Shown here piece after piece: positions 9,274 to 19,066 of a stretch of DNA of 47,896 bases. Numbering within the stretch: position 1 is the first letter of the stretch; the number at the start of each line of letters is the position of its first letter. A program made the translations under genes and the position numbers. The stretch comes from a virus (Duplodnaviria; Caudoviricetes). Below the pieces are notes generated by a model. The model saw nothing but the letters and a program-made list of their open reading frames with translations. It made no database searches and was not told the origin of the DNA. The stretch is from IMG/VR virus record IMGVR_UViG_3300005326_000061, positions 1-47,896 of that record, one strand, 5' to 3'.

Positions 9274-10404
9274 ATGGCAAGAACAGTAGCAAGAGGCATT
9301 GAGAATGTTCTTGATGCCACACAAAAAAGAATATCATACTTATTTGATAACTATGATAATATTTCTCTTTCCTTTTCAGGAGGAAAGGATAGTACTGCGT
9401 TATTTCATCTAGTAAATAATGAGGCTATAAAAAGGAATAGAAAATTTATTCTTTACTTTCAGGATCAGGAGGCAGAATATCAAGGAACAATTGATTTGAT
9501 AGAATGGGCAATGACACAGCCTAATGTTATTCCATTATGGTATCAAGTTCCCATATTTATGACCAACGCAGCAAGTCAGCAGCAACTATTCCTTTGGGCT
9601 TGGGGAGAAGAAGAGGAATGGATTAGAGAGAAACACCCTATTGCAATTCATAGCATTGAGAATAAATATCCTAAGAGATTTCACAAGTTTAATTTATGGA
9701 TAGGTCAAAATCTAAGAAAATTAGAGGGGAGTTGCGTTTCTATAATTGGTTTACGCGCAGAAGAAAGTCCTGATAGAAGATTTGTAATGTTCGGTGAGGA
9801 TAGCAATTTATTTTGGCTTCGAAGAAAAAACGAACCTCATAAGGCCTACCCTATAATCGATTGGACTTATACGGATGTTTGGAAATACATAATTGAGGGC
9901 AATTATAAGTACAATAAGATTTATGATAAAATGTATATGCTTGGTGGTAATCTTAGATATTTTAGGGTTTCAAATTTAGTTCACGAGAAGGCTTTCAGAT
10001 GCCTTACTGATTTGCAAGAACTAGAGCCTGAAACATATGATAAATTAGAGAAACGATTATATGGGGTTCATACTGCTGCAATTTACGGTAAAGAAAATTT
10101 AATCTATTCTATTAAGTCTTTACCTGATAATTTTAAAACATGGAAAGAGTATAAAGATTTCTTACTGGAAAGCATCCATCCTGATTTAAGTAAACTTTTT
10201 AAATACCAATGGAGTAGGTTTGGTGATACTGATGATGTTGGTGCTTGTAAGTATATGGTGAAAAGAATTCTGCTATGTGATTGGGAGGGTAATATTACTT
10301 GGAATAGAGATTTTGATTTCAACTATAGCAAAGATCAAATACTTCAAAAGAATGTATTGAAAAGAGAAGATGAAATAATTAAAAAATGGATGGCAACTTT
10401 ATAA
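9274..10404 (+). CDS. PAPS-reductase-family PP-loop protein (IbrA/DUF3440-like)
   Basis: PP-loop SFSGGKDS, 'DQEAEY', 'IGLRAEES', 'YPIIDW..DVW'. Confidence 0.85.
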   Translation: MARTVARGIENVLDATQKRISYLFDNYDNISLSFSGGKDSTALFHLVNNEAIKRNRKFILYFQDQEAEYQGTIDLIEWAMTQPNVIPLWYQVPIFMTNAASQQQLFLWAWGEEEEWIREKHPIAIHSIENKYPKRFHKFNLWIGQNLRKLEGSCVSIIGLRAEESPDRRFVMFGEDSNLFWLRRKNEPHKAYPIIDWTYTDVWKYIIEGNYKYNKIYDKMYMLGGNLRYFRVSNLVHEKAFRCLTDLQELEPETYDKLEKRLYGVHTAAIYGKENLIYSIKSLPDNFKTWKEYKDFLLESIHPDLSKLFKYQWSRFGDTDDVGACKYMVKRILLCDWEGNITWNRDFDFNYSKDQILQKNVLKREDEIIKKWMATL

Positions 10405-10416
10405 TAACTTAAACTT

Positions 10417-10716
10417 ATGACAACAATCAACGAAAATTCATGGAAAGTCCTAGTATTAATGCTTAAAAATATAGCCGAAGAAAAGGGCATTACGCAAGAG
10501 CAAATTGCATTAATAACGGGGTTTACCCAGTCAAATATATCGCGGATATTTAGCTTAAAATATACCCCTACGCTGCAAACATATCTTGCCATTGCGAGTG
10601 CTGTTAAGGTAAACTTCTTCTTTGAAGATCAGGAATCAAAAACAGAGCTGAACGTAATGATGGAGAGGGCAATGCTAGAACTCGGGCGACGACCAGAAAG
10701 ATTGCCAAAGAACTGA
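10417..10716 (+). CDS. XRE-family HTH regulator
   Basis: 'KGITQEQIALITGFTQSNISRI..KYTPTL'. Confidence 0.85.
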   Translation: MTTINENSWKVLVLMLKNIAEEKGITQEQIALITGFTQSNISRIFSLKYTPTLQTYLAIASAVKVNFFFEDQESKTELNVMMERAMLELGRRPERLPKN

Positions 10717-10721
10717 TTGAC

Positions 10722-10751
10722 AAAAACCCACCGGTTAACCGGTGGGTTTTT
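10722..10751. repeat. Perfect palindrome, copy 2
   Basis: AAAAACCCACCGGTTAACCGGTGGGTTTTT, followed by a T-tract. Confidence 0.9.
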
Positions 10752-10838
10752 TTGTGCTTCGCACTCCGAAGCCGAAGGCGTAGGAGTGTCCTTTCTCCCG
10801 CCTACTTTTCCCGCTACTTTTCGGCAAAAAAGTAGAGT

Positions 10839-13709
10839 ATGGCCATTCATGAAACCGCCGTTACCGATGTGGAAGTTAACGGCCAAAATGCCGAGCAAGC
10901 CCTTAAAAACCTGGCAACAGAGGCAAATAAATATAAGAACGCCATGGTTGAAGCCGCCAAGGCGAATGATTTGGCGGCGTTCAATAAGGCCGAGGCCGGG
11001 CTAAAGAAAACCGAGCGCGCCATGAACGGTGTGCGTAAGGCTGCGTTTGATGTTAATGCCGTTCTAAAAAACCTTTCGGGATCTACCCTAAAAGATTTAG
11101 CCAAGGCCAAATCGGAAATTACCCGGCAGCTGGAGAGGATGACCCGTGGCACCAAGGAGTATATAGCTGCGAGCAAGAACTTACAATCGGTAAATAAGGA
11201 GATTAGTAAAGTTAAAACCGAGATGAACGGGGCGGCAGGGGCATCGCAAGGATTTTTTGGGAAAATGGGGGTTGGGTTAAAAAGTTTTATTGGAGGGATA
11301 GCAATTATTGGCGCAGTAACAGCCGCATTTCGTAAGCTAATAAATACTAACCGGGAATTTGAAAAATCAATTAGCGAGCTATCCTCTCTTACCGGTGCCA
11401 CTGGTGATGATCTAAAATACTATAAGCAGCAAGCCGAGCTAATTGGAAAAACCACAACCGTTAGCGCGCAGGAGGCGGTAAGAGCATTTACCATTATTGG
11501 CTCTGCTAAACCAGAACTATTAAAGAGCAAAACAGCCCTAGCCGAGGTTACAAAACAGGCCGTTGCCTTAGCCGAGGCAAGCGGAATGACTGTTCCAGAG
11601 GCTGCCGACAATTTAACCAAAGCATTAAACCAATTTCAGCTACCCGCCGAGGAGGCGGCAAGGGTTATTAACGTACTTGCAGCCGGATCAAAAGAGGGTG
11701 CTGCTGCAATACCTGCGGTAACGCAGGCAATGGTTGATTTTGGTACAGTGGCAAAAAATGCAAATATCACCATAGAGGAGAGTACGGGGTTAATAGAAAC
11801 ATTGGCAGAGCGTGGCTTGGTGGGAAGCGAGGCGGGAACTAAGCTGCGGAATGTGCTGGTTACACTACAACAAGGGGCGAATGATACCAATCCTAAAGTT
11901 GTTGGTCTGGTTAAAGCCCTTGATAACCTAGGTAAAAAACATCTTTCTACCGCCGAAATGGCTAAACTGTTTGGTAAAGAGAATCTGGTTGCCGCTCAAA
12001 TACTTGCCGAGAGCGCACCAACGGTGGAGAGATATACCAAAGCTGTTACCGCAACCAGCGTAGCCTATGAGCAGCAAAAAACCATGACCGATAACCTGGA
12101 TGGATCAATTAAACGATTTAATAATAGCGTTGATTCGCTGGCATTAAGTTTTAACGGGAATGGAGGGTTAACTCGAGTTGTACGCGGTGCGGTTGATATG
12201 TTTAGTAATTTGATTTCAATGATTGCCATGTCTAATAGATCAATTGCTGAAATCAAACAATTAGCAATGGATGAGGCGTGGCAAAACAGGCTAAAAGCCG
12301 ATAGGAAAGAAATTAATAAAAATGCTGATGCGTTCTTTAAATCAACGGAGAACAGCATTAAGGCTGATGAAGAAAGATTAAGATCGAATGATGAAATACT
12401 AAAAAATGCAGATAAATCGAAAGAAACATGGGAGGATTATTACAATACTATCAATCTACTTAGCGATGAAGAAATTAAGAAAATAGAGAAAAGGCTAGAG
12501 CTTAACAAGCTAAGTTTAATCGAAGGAAGAAAATATTTGGAACAGAAGAATCAAATGGCTGCAGCAGCAAACGCAGCAACTTCTGGTTCGGATACTGAAG
12601 GTGCTGATGGCAAAAAGGTAGACCCAATTAAGATATTGGAAGAGGAGCATCAAAAAGAGCGTTTCCTTATAATGATTAACTACCAGCAGCAGGCAATCGA
12701 TAAGGAGCAGTTTGACCAGCAAATGCTCGAGGAGGATATGGCCTACCTAATTGCAAAAATGGCTATTCTCCAAAAACTTAAAGAATCTACCACTACGGTT
12801 GAGCAGGAAATTGCTCAAAAGGGAATTGATATTCTTGAAAAAGCCAATAAGGAGAAGCTGGATAAGGCTGAACAGTGGCTTCAGAATTGGCTTAAAATTA
12901 AGAATAAAGAGCGCGAGGAGGAGAATAAGCGAAGCGAAGAATCTGTTGAAAACTATGCGCGCATGATGGATCAGTACAAGTCTATTACCGATCAGGTAGG
13001 TTCGTCTATGGGTGAGGCCATTGGTAATTTTATTGCTGGCAATGAGGATGCTGCAGGGGAATTTGGCAAAACAATGGTTCTTACCATGCTCGATGCTGTT
13101 CATGCAGTGGTAAGAATGTCGTTAGTGCAAATATGGGCGCAATCCCTAGCCCAACCCGATAGCATTGCCACATTTGGAGCTACAGGAGTTGGCCGTGCCC
13201 TAATTATTTCTGCTCTAGTTGAAGCTGCTTTTGCTGGGGTAAAAGCCCTGGTAAGCTCAAGTACTAAAAAACGTACTTCCCAGCATTTCTCCGGTACGCT
13301 AGATGCTGTGGGTGCGGAGGATGGCCGCAGCTACCACGCACCATACGTGGGCTATACCAACGAGCCCACCTACTACCCCAACACCTTTATTGGTAGCGAA
13401 CGGGGTGGGGAGATTGTGGTGGATGCCAACCGCAGCCGGAATATCCGTATGCGCTACCCGCAGCTGATGGAGGCATTAAGGGCCGTTCCGCAGCATGCGG
13501 CAGGTACGCTTAGCGCGCCTGCGGGCAATAGTGTTCCTGCTCCTGCTACAGCAGATCCGCAGATGGTTGCCGCCGTACGCCAGATGAGCGCCATCAACGC
13601 CGCGCTGTACGCTGAGCTTCGCAAGGGTATTCAAGCAAAACTAGGGTACGATAACTTTAAGAGCGACCTGGATAAGGCGGAGAGCGCCATAAGCGATGTT
13701 ACAAGATAG
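10839..13709 (+). CDS. Tail tape measure protein
   Basis: 956 aa, Ala-rich helical; TP901-type TMP core ('GSEAGTKLRNVL', 'LFGKEN'). Confidence 0.9.
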   Translation: MAIHETAVTDVEVNGQNAEQALKNLATEANKYKNAMVEAAKANDLAAFNKAEAGLKKTERAMNGVRKAAFDVNAVLKNLSGSTLKDLAKAKSEITRQLERMTRGTKEYIAASKNLQSVNKEISKVKTEMNGAAGASQGFFGKMGVGLKSFIGGIAIIGAVTAAFRKLINTNREFEKSISELSSLTGATGDDLKYYKQQAELIGKTTTVSAQEAVRAFTIIGSAKPELLKSKTALAEVTKQAVALAEASGMTVPEAADNLTKALNQFQLPAEEAARVINVLAAGSKEGAAAIPAVTQAMVDFGTVAKNANITIEESTGLIETLAERGLVGSEAGTKLRNVLVTLQQGANDTNPKVVGLVKALDNLGKKHLSTAEMAKLFGKENLVAAQILAESAPTVERYTKAVTATSVAYEQQKTMTDNLDGSIKRFNNSVDSLALSFNGNGGLTRVVRGAVDMFSNLISMIAMSNRSIAEIKQLAMDEAWQNRLKADRKEINKNADAFFKSTENSIKADEERLRSNDEILKNADKSKETWEDYYNTINLLSDEEIKKIEKRLELNKLSLIEGRKYLEQKNQMAAAANAATSGSDTEGADGKKVDPIKILEEEHQKERFLIMINYQQQAIDKEQFDQQMLEEDMAYLIAKMAILQKLKESTTTVEQEIAQKGIDILEKANKEKLDKAEQWLQNWLKIKNKEREEENKRSEESVENYARMMDQYKSITDQVGSSMGEAIGNFIAGNEDAAGEFGKTMVLTMLDAVHAVVRMSLVQIWAQSLAQPDSIATFGATGVGRALIISALVEAAFAGVKALVSSSTKKRTSQHFSGTLDAVGAEDGRSYHAPYVGYTNEPTYYPNTFIGSERGGEIVVDANRSRNIRMRYPQLMEALRAVPQHAAGTLSAPAGNSVPAPATADPQMVAAVRQMSAINAALYAELRKGIQAKLGYDNFKSDLDKAESAISDVTR

Positions 13710-13760
13710 TGTCCTTTAACCAAAAAAAATATTAACCTTTTTTTGATAAACTTTTTAACC

Positions 13761-14153
13761 ATGCCAACTAAAACCAGATACAGACCTGAATCGATAGGAG
13801 AAGTTAAAATTAAGATGCTTAGGGCGCAGATGATTCTTGTAGAGGAGAATCAGAATAAGATGGATAAGGCGGTGCATGATAAGCTGGAGCTGATCCTAGA
13901 GCAAACCACCAAAACCAACGTTTCAGTTGTAGAGCTGAAAAAGGATGTTAAAGAGCTGCAAACAAAAACGCATGAGCTGGAGCTGGCTGACGTGAAACAC
14001 GAGAAGGATTGTCCGCTTGCCAGCGAGATCAAGGATATTCATCAAAACCTTATTGCCTACAACTTTTTTAAGCAAAACCCTGTTTTTGCATGGGGAACCA
14101 TAGTTTTTATAGCAGCATCGGTAATTATTGCAGCAGTATCACTACTTAAATAA
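13761..14153 (+). CDS. Membrane-anchored coiled-coil protein (lysis region)
   Basis: C-terminal TM helix; directly upstream of endolysin; ATG at 13761 preferred over TTG at 13743. Confidence 0.55.
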   Translation: MPTKTRYRPESIGEVKIKMLRAQMILVEENQNKMDKAVHDKLELILEQTTKTNVSVVELKKDVKELQTKTHELELADVKHEKDCPLASEIKDIHQNLIAYNFFKQNPVFAWGTIVFIAASVIIAAVSLLK

Positions 14154-14161
14154 ATAAAACA

Positions 14162-14635
14162 ATGACACGCCAGGAGATTATTAAACAGCTAAAGCAATTC
14201 TTTGAAATCAGAGAGCTGGTTTGCCCGCACGTATATAACAAGTTTGGGGAGAATGGCTGGCAGTTTTTTGATAGAGATTTTTTAGAGGTTCTGCTTATTG
14301 TTAGGCGAGACATTCTTAAGGTTCCTATGCTGGTGAATAACTATAATGGTATTGCAATTCCACAGTTTACCCAGCGAGGCTTGCGCTGCAACCTTTGCCA
14401 GCTGGTACGCGGAAAAACATTAAGAGAGGAGCTGTATATGAGCGCGCACATGAACGGTGCTGCGATAGATTTTGATGCCAAGGGTATGACCGTGGATCAG
14501 GTTCACCTGAAAATTAGGAAGAGCGCTAACCTATTGCCCGTTAAGGTACGAATGGAAAACGGGGTAAGTTGGAATCATTTAGATATTTACGATAATCAAA
14601 ATTCACCGGAGAAGTTTTCCGATTTTAACGCCTAA
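14162..14635 (+). CDS. Endolysin, peptidase M15-like
   Basis: Zn-peptidase pattern 'LRC...SAH..GAAID...HLD'. Confidence 0.75.
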   Translation: MTRQEIIKQLKQFFEIRELVCPHVYNKFGENGWQFFDRDFLEVLLIVRRDILKVPMLVNNYNGIAIPQFTQRGLRCNLCQLVRGKTLREELYMSAHMNGAAIDFDAKGMTVDQVHLKIRKSANLLPVKVRMENGVSWNHLDIYDNQNSPEKFSDFNA

Positions 14636-14639
14636 TACT

Positions 14640-15053
14640 ATGTCACTAAAAACTACAATAAAAAACGGGGTTAAGTCTATTTTTGGCAAATCAACCCTAG
14701 ATATTGGGAAGGTATTTGATACGCTTACCACCAAGATGGACGACTGGAAATTTACAGAGGCTGAGCGTATGCAGTTTAACAAGGAGGCCGCCGAAGGAAT
14801 GGCCGCTTTTGTTAAGGACACCATGAACGAGAGTACCGAGAGGGCTCAATCGCGCAGGGAGATTGCCAAGCTGATTATTTACTGGTACCTAATCCTTTCG
14901 CTTGTTGGGGTGATATTCCTGTTTATCGATTCTGCTAAAACAAAGCTGATTATTGAATTCGCTGATCAGATGTATCTAACCATCGCTTTTATAAGCATTA
15001 TCGCCTTCTTCTTTGGCGGGTACTATATCAACCAGTTTAAGGGCAAAAAATAA
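14640..15053 (+). CDS. Holin-like protein
   Basis: Two C-terminal TM helices ending 'FFFGG', basic tail, next to endolysin. Confidence 0.65.
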   Translation: MSLKTTIKNGVKSIFGKSTLDIGKVFDTLTTKMDDWKFTEAERMQFNKEAAEGMAAFVKDTMNESTERAQSRREIAKLIIYWYLILSLVGVIFLFIDSAKTKLIIEFADQMYLTIAFISIIAFFFGGYYINQFKGKK

Positions 15054-15059
15054 TTAGCC

Positions 15060-17216
15060 ATGATAACCATCACCCGTGATCTTCCGCTTGTCTCCTTTGC
15101 CGGTAACCCCATGAATATTATTGTGGCTACCGATAACATGTACGATAATTCCACCGGTTACGATGTGCTCAGGGAGTTTTACACGCTATTCCTGGAGATA
15201 TTCACAACAGATCCATCGGGGGGTGGGGTTGATCCCATTTGGACGGAGAGCATTGAACCCGATGAGAATGGCAATGCCACATTCAACATTTCACGGATTT
15301 TAAAGAACTTACTTACTACCACCCCGTTATATCCTCAGGATCCATTAACCCTATATGCTAAAGATTCCGGAGCAGTTCAGGAATTCTGGATAAAACTTGG
15401 CGATGGTTATGGAGTTCCTTTTGAAAGGCAAGCAATGCAGGATGATGAAGGACCATATTACGCTATTCCGGGAGGTTTAGCCGATTGGTTGCTGGAAGAA
15501 ATTGAAGCCGAAGGAGGCGATTCATTTACCTTTTTGGTTTTAAATAAGATATTTTTAACGAATCAGCCTGAAAGTAAAAGAGTAAAAACGTTACAACCCG
15601 AATTCTTAAGATATTTTAATATTAGCATTACATCCATGAGTGTTGATTTAAAATTAAAGCAATACTCATTAACAGCCAACGGCACCGAATCTGTTATACT
15701 TAGCGAATCACTTGATGCGCTAAGCATGTATAATTTTGATGTTACTCCCGGAGTTGCTTTTACCCTAGAAAGTGATACTGATACTTGGGAAATTTGGCTC
15801 GAATCTGAAGGGTTGATTCTTACAGAGGTAATAAGCTACAAAATAGATGAGCAGCGCGAACCACGTACAAGATTCTTTATTTTTCAAAACTCGTTTGGCG
15901 GCTTTGATTCAGTTGCCGCAACGGGTAAAAGATTTAAAGGAATAGAGGGAGAATCATCAGTAAATTTGCTTCCAATATCATCCAACCTTAGATCATCATT
16001 TACTATTAACCAAGATAGACCAGTATGTAGGGAAATTTATAAAGGGTTTATCGGGCTATTCACCGAAACAGAATCGGAGTGGCTTCAGGAGTTTTTTAGA
16101 AGCGAAAAACGATATACCATAGGAGATCACAGGCTTGAGCTGGTTGGGTTAAAAACTACAGAATACCCTATAACCAACGATGATCCAGTACCACAAGAAG
16201 TTGAGATTGAAGCTTACGTGGGAATCCCAGACTTTTTTTTTTCTAGGCTAAGGAGTAAAAAAATATCTATTATTCCAGAGCTACCTACATTAGAAACAGT
16301 AGAAATAACAGCGATTACACAATCCACAGCAACATCTGGAGGAAACATAATTGCAGACGGCGGAGCAAATATACTAGCAAAGGGAATTTGTTGGGGCACT
16401 TCGTCCAATCCTACAATTAATGATTCTAAAACCAATGATGGTACTGGAATAGAATCATTTGTTAGCAACCTATCAAATCTTGATCCTGAAACAACTTATT
16501 ATGTTAGGGCTTATGCTACAAATATTATTGGAACAGGTTACGGAGATGACGTTTCTTTTGCTACCGCTGCAGATGTTAAATATGGTCGGCTTTATAATTG
16601 GTATGCTGCTAACAATTCAGCCTCTAAAGGATTACTAATGGAATCTGGATGGGTCGTTCCGTCAAATACTCAATTAACTACATTGCAAAATTATTTAGGT
16701 GGATTATCCGTTGCCGGAGGACCTTTAAAAAGTACCAGAACAGATCCAGATTCACACCCAAGATGGGATTCGCCAAATGCTGGGGCTACTGATTTATATG
16801 AATTTAGTGCCTTTCCTGGAGGAATTAGAATATCAGGCGGTGTCTTTTCTTCTTTAGGTACAAATTTTAGAGTTTGGTCTATAACTGCTGCCAGTGGAGC
16901 AAGTGCATATTATCGGGGTATTATTAATTTATACGATAATATGTATTCTAACTACCAAACAAAATCCTATGGGGCATCTTTGCGTCTAATGAAACCATAT
17001 GTTGAGGGTGATCCAATTCCCAACTTGGTAACAGATTACGATGGGAATAGCTATGGAGTGGTGCTTATTGGAACTCAACTTTGGATGGATAGCAATCTGA
17101 AAACAACACATTATGCAGATGGTGATGCAATTCCAGAGGTTACCGATAATGCAACCTGGGATGCCTTAACTACAGGGGCAAGATGTAATTACAATAACGA
17201 TGAAAATAACGTTTAG
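15060..17216 (+). CDS. Tail-tip protein with FN3 and Fib_succ_major (FISUMP) domains
   Basis: N-terminal tail module 'FQNSFGGFDS'; FN3 'TTYYVRAYATN..GTGYG' (~16281-16563); FISUMP motifs 'YGRLYNW', 'FSAFPGG', 'IGTQLWM..NL'. Confidence 0.8.
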   Translation: MITITRDLPLVSFAGNPMNIIVATDNMYDNSTGYDVLREFYTLFLEIFTTDPSGGGVDPIWTESIEPDENGNATFNISRILKNLLTTTPLYPQDPLTLYAKDSGAVQEFWIKLGDGYGVPFERQAMQDDEGPYYAIPGGLADWLLEEIEAEGGDSFTFLVLNKIFLTNQPESKRVKTLQPEFLRYFNISITSMSVDLKLKQYSLTANGTESVILSESLDALSMYNFDVTPGVAFTLESDTDTWEIWLESEGLILTEVISYKIDEQREPRTRFFIFQNSFGGFDSVAATGKRFKGIEGESSVNLLPISSNLRSSFTINQDRPVCREIYKGFIGLFTETESEWLQEFFRSEKRYTIGDHRLELVGLKTTEYPITNDDPVPQEVEIEAYVGIPDFFFSRLRSKKISIIPELPTLETVEITAITQSTATSGGNIIADGGANILAKGICWGTSSNPTINDSKTNDGTGIESFVSNLSNLDPETTYYVRAYATNIIGTGYGDDVSFATAADVKYGRLYNWYAANNSASKGLLMESGWVVPSNTQLTTLQNYLGGLSVAGGPLKSTRTDPDSHPRWDSPNAGATDLYEFSAFPGGIRISGGVFSSLGTNFRVWSITAASGASAYYRGIINLYDNMYSNYQTKSYGASLRLMKPYVEGDPIPNLVTDYDGNSYGVVLIGTQLWMDSNLKTTHYADGDAIPEVTDNATWDALTTGARCNYNNDENNV

Positions 17217-17218
17217 CC

Positions 17219-19066
17219 ATGCTTAGAATAACAATCCCTAACGGCACGCTTGTAGTTAGCAAGGAAACCGCCATCCCCTTAACCATTACCAACCCAATGT
17301 TTAGCGATAGGGGTAGCGGATCATTGCCGTTCAGCGTTCCTGATTGTGAGCATAACCAGAAAGTGCTGGGTTACCCCAACCGAATAACGCGTAGCGGGCA
17401 GAATGATACTTCCTACGCCGTTACCGTTGAAACCGATATTAAAACCTTAAAGGGAACTCTTAAGTACGTAGATACATCTGATGGGAAAATCAGCTTAAAT
17501 TTTTACTACAACGAGGGCGATTTTTGGTACTGGGCAAAGAATACCAAGCTCAGGACGATAACTACTCTTGCCAACAAGGAGATTGACTTTGTAAACGAGC
17601 GTGAGAACTACTTCAACAACATCTGGCCAGCGGTTGAAATGGCCTTTTTCCCCATTGCCGTTAACCTTGTTGCGTTAGATAACTATATTCCTAGTGGTGG
17701 CAATGATAATCAATGGTCTAGTAGAAAACTTTGCATATCCGATTATATAATTACCAACAACCCCAGCGATCTATTCCGCGATGATTACGCCGATTTTTTA
17801 AACGGAGGGGATGTTTCTGGTTATATTACAGGATTTCTCTACGTGAACGAGGTACTGCAATGGATTGCTAAAACCTATGGGCTTAAGATCAATGCAAATT
17901 TTTTGGCATCCACCGATGAGCTAAAATCTTCTGTTGTGCTCAATAACGCCACATTTTCCAACTTATACACCGGAGGTTACCAATCCGTTAATTACTCCTA
18001 TCTATTACCTGATGTAACAGTTCTTGATTTTCTTGATGCTGTGGAGAAAAAATTTGGGTGTTTGCTCTTTGTAGATTCACCAAAAAAAGAGATTAACATC
18101 AAATCAATTAAATCAATTTTTTCTGAGATTTACTCCAAAGTGGCTAGATGTACTGTTAAATTAAATAAGCATACAGATGCTTTGGGAATAGCACTCAAAT
18201 CGGCCCGATCTAGCTCTCCTTATATAGCTATTAATGAAAATTATGTTAACAATTTCTTCTTTAATTACTTCGATACCGAGGCGATTAGCAGGGTTGATGG
18301 AAAAGTTTATGTTACCGCAGCATCCCCAGATTATACTAACTACCCAAATAAGATTGTTTTATGCACATCAACGCAGTGCTACTTTAGGTTGGAATGGGTG
18401 GATGCAGGGGATGATTATGAGTATACCGCCACTGCCATACATAGCAACTACTATGATATAAGCAATAACGAAGATTTAGATCAAAAAAAGGTTGAGTGTG
18501 ATGGTGAATTTACCCCGATGATCCCGGTTATCTGCAGGCAGTTTTATAACTACCCTGATAATGATTTCTTTGATATGAGCCTTACAGTTCCACATTTTGA
18601 GAAATGGGATAACCTTTTAGAATTGCTAACAGGGGAAGAAATGGATACGCCAATTACATTTGCCTTTTACCGTGGCAGAATTGAGCATGTTGATTTTCCC
18701 GAAGAGCTCTTTGGGATAACCGAATTTGATCTACCCGTTGGAACTGTTGATGTTTACGATAAATCTGGCAACGTAATAACCGGTGCTACTCTGGGCATGC
18801 GCTGGGCTGGCGATAATGGTATTTATGAGGCGTGTTACAAGGAGCTGGAGCAGTTCTACCTAAAATCAGCCAAGGAGGTGAGCGTTTCCAACATTAAACC
18901 GCAGGATTTCATTGATGATAATATCTTTGATGTTTACCAGAACCAGGAGAATGTAAACTTTATCTTTAAGGAGATAAAGATTACCATAGATCCGTTTAGC
19001 GTAAGGTTTGATTCTGCTATCGGTCTTACTGTTAAGCCGTATCATACTGATATGCCTATAAGCTAA
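17219..19066 (+). CDS. Tail/baseplate hub-like structural protein
   Basis: 615 aa; N-terminal 'NPMFSDRGSGSLPFSVP..HN..LGYP' and 'LLPDVTVLDFL' typical of Bacteroidota phage tail proteins. Confidence 0.65.
   Translation: MLRITIPNGTLVVSKETAIPLTITNPMFSDRGSGSLPFSVPDCEHNQKVLGYPNRITRSGQNDTSYAVTVETDIKTLKGTLKYVDTSDGKISLNFYYNEGDFWYWAKNTKLRTITTLANKEIDFVNERENYFNNIWPAVEMAFFPIAVNLVALDNYIPSGGNDNQWSSRKLCISDYIITNNPSDLFRDDYADFLNGGDVSGYITGFLYVNEVLQWIAKTYGLKINANFLASTDELKSSVVLNNATFSNLYTGGYQSVNYSYLLPDVTVLDFLDAVEKKFGCLLFVDSPKKEINIKSIKSIFSEIYSKVARCTVKLNKHTDALGIALKSARSSSPYIAINENYVNNFFFNYFDTEAISRVDGKVYVTAASPDYTNYPNKIVLCTSTQCYFRLEWVDAGDDYEYTATAIHSNYYDISNNEDLDQKKVECDGEFTPMIPVICRQFYNYPDNDFFDMSLTVPHFEKWDNLLELLTGEEMDTPITFAFYRGRIEHVDFPEELFGITEFDLPVGTVDVYDKSGNVITGATLGMRWAGDNGIYEACYKELEQFYLKSAKEVSVSNIKPQDFIDDNIFDVYQNQENVNFIFKEIKITIDPFSVRFDSAIGLTVKPYHTDMPIS

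Noticed and set aside
10717-11004. ORF sharing 'THRLTGGF' with the minus-strand ORF 6388-6570
   Set aside because: The similarity is just translation of the shared palindrome; the ORF overlaps the promoter and TMP start
15060-17216. Diversity-generating retroelement targeting the FISUMP tail protein
   Set aside because: No reverse transcriptase ORF in the window and no second, adenine-variant copy (TR/VR pair) noticed
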